Positions 59,641 through 64,000 of a stretch of DNA of 64,000 nucleotides are shown in pieces. The notes beneath the pieces were generated by a model. It was not told where the DNA came from, did no database searches, and saw only the letters and a list, made by a program, of their open reading frames with translations. The DNA is from Bugula neritina (taxonomy: Eukaryota; Animalia; Bryozoa): assembly GCA_964035545.1 (NCBI GenBank), contig OZ037766.1, forward strand, positions 30,230,274 to 30,294,273, written 5' to 3'. A program made the position numbers and the translations under genes. Every line of letters starts with the position of its first letter. Position 1 is the first letter of the stretch.

Positions 59641-61332
59641 ATGAGAAGAGGGGCATACAACCTACTAAGCATTCGCAATTACGTGTGCAACTGCAGAATT
59701 AATGCAACTTTCTGATGTCATCATAAAGTTATTCCACATTTCAGTGTAAAACAGCATATTATGTTTTGTGGTCCTAATTAAATTTAGACAGAAATAACAA
59801 AAAGCAATAGTTGTTAGCTTTTCTAAAATGAAATGTTTTTTAACTTGCCCAATAAAATAAAACTTCATCTGCTAAAGTGTTTTTAGCAGTCACTCTATTG
59901 AAATATCATGAAATAATGTTTCAATAAAAAATAACTGATAAAAAAGGACTTACTTCAAAGTACCCTGAAAAGGATGGTATATAATCCAAAACTATAAATT
60001 GCAGCCATTAAAATAACACTGATGTACGTACTCCATACCCTAATAGAGATGCACATAAAAGGCTGAGACATTATAATGTACAAGCATACTATATATAAAT
60101 TCATTCAATGTATTTAAAGTAATAAATAACAATTAATCTAACGATGTTATATTAAAACTACAGCTGTGAGTATGAAAATTTATGCTATGAGGCAATACAC
60201 CTAACAGTTATAGACCATTTTGTAATTTTACTATAGGTTATATAACTATATATAGCACTAATATATATCCTAATATATAGTACAACACCACTTGTGTAAA
60301 TATTATAAATGCACAGATTAATTCTGTTACATTTTGCATTTGCTTTCTGTAAACGAACTTTATTTTTTATTTAACTTTATAAAGATTGATCATACGTGCA
60401 ACGCACACATGCTATTAGCATTTTTAAGCAATGAACAGCTTATATAGTAAACTGACAATTGTATTATCAAGCAGTTACTATAATAGTTATAATGTTAAAG
60501 TTTTCATATATTTGAAAAGTTATTAAATGTACAAGTTTACGTACTTTTCAAGTAACTGCATGTATATAAAAACTGCCTGATATGAAAAGAGTTTTAAAAT
60601 AAATAACTTTAGACTAATGATATATACTCAAAGTTAAAATGAAAAATATATCTAAATTTTAAATTGTCAATAACATTTAGCTACAAGGGCTATATTATGT
60701 ACTTATAATGCTTAAAGGTATGAAGTTTATTGTATAACCGTTAAACTCAAACCTAATCAATAACAGCAACTTTAATATTTATTTGCCAGAATGATAATTA
60801 TTTTTCTGCAGTCTCTAATTTCCTTAAAAGATATAAAAATATAGTTAATTATTAGGAGATTAGGTTTTTTAATCTGTGATTAACCAAGGGTGTGGGATAT
60901 GCAGTTGACATTAAGTGATACATAATATTATCTACCTACATGATTCCATTTGTTATGAGAAATGTATTAGTTTAAGGTTTCTAATAGATATTACCGACAG
61001 AGTTATAACGGTTTATTAAGTAAATCCAATGAAATAGAACCAGTCTCTTATACTACGCACTTTTTAATTACATAAGCTTATCTTAAATGATTTTAACTGA
61101 AAACAACAGCTATGCGTTCTATAGGCAAAGTTCAAAATTTGTACTTCTACAATTTACCCATACTGATATAAAGCCTGATTCTCTCATATGACATCAACAA
61201 GTGCATGCATGCATGGTTCAGCATAACCAACTATCTTAGAGCTGGGCTGTTTGAAAGTTCTCAACAATGACTCAATGTAACTTGTTTGATTTTGTATTTT
61301 TAGACAGCTAACTGTTAGTTCTCCCGAGCAAA

Positions 61333-61447
61333 GGCCTGGTGCCTCGACTAGATGCAGTGCTATTGTGCCATAGGCCTAAACACATTTTTTTGCTATTTTT
61401 TTTTACGTTCTTGTAAATTTTTTCATAAGTGTTGAGTAAATAAAAAA
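61333..61447 (+). mobile_element. Very short 3'-end relic of the LINE family seen at 25.1-25.8 kb
   Basis: ggtgcctcgactag...cagtgctattg.gccataggcc is shared with 25673-25712, followed by a T-rich tract and aataaa. Confidence 0.7.
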
Positions 61448-62399
61448 GAATTCACGTGAGTTATGCTTGTTGTAGTAGCAGCATACTTTATATACTATTA
61501 CCTTGCATTACCATATGTGCATGTTGCTGTAGCCATATATAGCTTTCCTTATATATCTGTTCCTCTACTGTTTCCCATATGCAATTTTGCACCATTCTGA
61601 AAACGTTTGCAGAGTATTGATGACTTATATTTCCAATTGCTCCAGGACTGAATGTATGTTTGTTTTTATATATTGAAAGCAGAAAAAAAGTTATTAAGAA
61701 AAAAACCGCCTTAAATTTGCAAAAAGTGGTGTGCCCAATTGCTATTGCAGTACCTGAAACTGTAGAAAATGTAAAAATACTAGCTCATGCACATGAAAAC
61801 TTCAGCTTTGATTCAACATAATATTTTTAATTTGTGTTAGTTTTAAAGCAATGATTTAAAGAAAAAATAGAGCATATATTATGAAGTTCAACTTATAGTC
61901 CAAATCTCCTTTAGATCTATTATCTTCAGTATGAAGACTTTAATGTTTTCCAAACTAAATAAAACAATTATAAGCAAGTTAGAGCTAGTTAGAACTCAGT
62001 GCATCACTGAGTTTTTATTACTTTGCATGAATGAATGAATTTGTGGGTTCGATTTCCATTAACTGCTTATGGTAGTAGCTTCATTAGATGAAACTGTTAC
62101 TAAACATCAAATGAAAAATTTACTTCAATAGTTGAAGCTTAGCAACGTAGTGTACATATCTACGCTGGATGAAAGCAGTGGTCTCTGGCTGCACTAGCTG
62201 AAAAGCTTGCATTTAACAAAGCTTTTCTAAATAAAGTGGGTAATGAAACGGGCTATACCTACCTTAGATCTTATAAGGTAGCATATTATATTATATGTAA
62301 TTAGTTGGCAATGCTATTACCAACCATTTGTCTTGCATTTAATGAAGCATGTGTAAAGTAAAAATTTACCTATCAGCAAACAATGTTTTGTCTGAGAAT

Positions 62400-62460
62400 A
62401 AAATGTGGTTTAAAACATATCCATGGATATGTTTTAAACCACATTTTGCATACGTATGCA
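62400..62460. repeat. 48-bp perfect palindrome plus adjacent 14-bp palindrome
   Basis: aaaatgtggtttaaaacatatcca|tggatatgttttaaaccacatttt, then tgcatacgtatgca. Confidence 0.95.
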
Positions 62461-63832
62461 TATGTTATTATAAATTGTGGGCAGCATGCTAGTTATATAT
62501 ACTTATATGTGAATGAGCTCAAGTAAATAATACCAATACTAGGAGTTATGTCCTCAACCCTATATCATAAGTATTGGATTTCATAACTACTTTTTAACAT
62601 TGATGAAACGGCAGAATGAGTCTAACCTGCATCTTAAGTCTTTGTAATTTAATAGATGCACGTAGTGTTGTATATAACATTAGGAAAACCATCACTTATA
62701 ACAGAAGATATTGGGAAAACTATTTATATAAACCAAATGCAAACACATGAATATTCTAAGTTTTTTTTAAACACTTTAGATTATCTTTGAAAATTACTTT
62801 TAGGCTAAATCAACATAGCTCAATTTGGCAACTTTTTGTTATAATGTGTTTACAGTAGAAAATTTGAATATATGATATTCATATCTACATCCCAAGCATC
62901 AAAAAGATGCTAGCGCTGATTGCATCAAGAATGAAGAACCCACACATTTTGTCATGAAGTCTTCTAAAATTTAAAGTCACTAGCTATTGATTAGCATAAT
63001 TATATAGATAGCATATATATATAAACAGAAATTTCAGCAATAAAGAGTAATCAGAATGCCCTAATACTGACAACCAACAACATGTGTTTTAATTGACCCC
63101 CCCCCCCCACACAGAGCTGTACTTTGGTAAAATAGATGGAAGTTGTCTGTCCAAAACCAAGCTATTTTGTGCATATATATTAAAGTTGTCTTTCAGTGTG
63201 TTTGAATGCCATATTTAAAATTGTTTCAGATATATGTTGCATAATTAATGGTTGGTTCAAAGTGCCAACAAATCAATTTAAGGGTTATATAGTCAAGTTG
63301 TTAAGTTATTTTGATAATGATACAGAAAAGTAGTTAATTCATGTGATGTTATGTGATTTAGTGATGGTTTAATTTGACCCAAGGAAAGTGAAACTACATG
63401 TAAGTCTGCAAAAAAAATTGTTGCCAATAAAATAATTGAATGACAATAAATAACACCTAATATAGCCGCATTAATTTCCTGTAATATGTATGGCCATTAA
63501 TCTACAGTTATAACTGCCAAAATTACTGTGCATCATTTTCAGCAAACAGCAATGTTTAAAATAGCTCAAACATAAATATATTCAAGTTTTGAACTTTGAT
63601 TTTTATAATAATTAAAGAGTAGCAGAAGTTTAAGCTAAGAAAATTGATTCAATTCATGGCCTTAATTAGTAAGTCTTTATTACAACACTATTATAGAATG
63701 TTGCAGCCTAAACATCTGATTAGCTAATCTTTTGACTTGTAAGGTTTTTTGGGAATATGCCTCAAACTTGGAGTTAGAAGTTGATTAGACATGGTTCAGG
63801 TTATTCTCAAATTTAGATTTCTTTGCTATTAT

Positions 63833-63933
<101 letters not shown>

Positions 63934-64000
63934 GAAGTAAAATGAGATTTGATTAATATAATGGCATTTATTACTAGTAGTTTCGTACACAAGAACGATG

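Overview
AT-rich eukaryotic (probably invertebrate animal) genomic DNA with GT-AG introns, long microsatellites and many transposon relics. No prokaryotic features, CRISPR arrays, rRNA or intact tRNA genes were seen. The main discovery is a locally expanded family of three-exon genes that the ORF track misses because they are spliced. There are six copies or relics, on both strands, at about 5.0-5.45 kb, 11.8-12.8 kb, 14.4-15.8 kb, 20.7-21.4 kb, 29.6-30.95 kb and 51.1-51.8 kb. They encode a predicted secreted protein I do not recognise: signal peptide, then C-x2-C-x7-C, a long Arg/Lys/Gly polycationic loop, C-x7-C-x3-C and a Pro/Thr mucin-like tail. One copy is complete and intact (290 aa, minus strand). 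The others show birth-and-death evolution: a tail deletion, a nonsense codon, an orphan terminal exon, a 5' half-copy and a decayed copy. Also present are phase-consistent exons of a probable single-pass membrane protein (minus strand, 0.96-2.8 kb), a weaker spliced-gene candidate (39.3-43.2 kb), and an RT-less BEL/Pao element with non-matching ends inserted in (TA)n. The window further holds RTE, Rex1/Babar-like and CR1/L2-like LINE fragments, a Gypsy integrase relic, MITEs, a tRNA-derived SINE-like head, three spacer-less palindromes, and a filled/empty LINE insertion-site pair.
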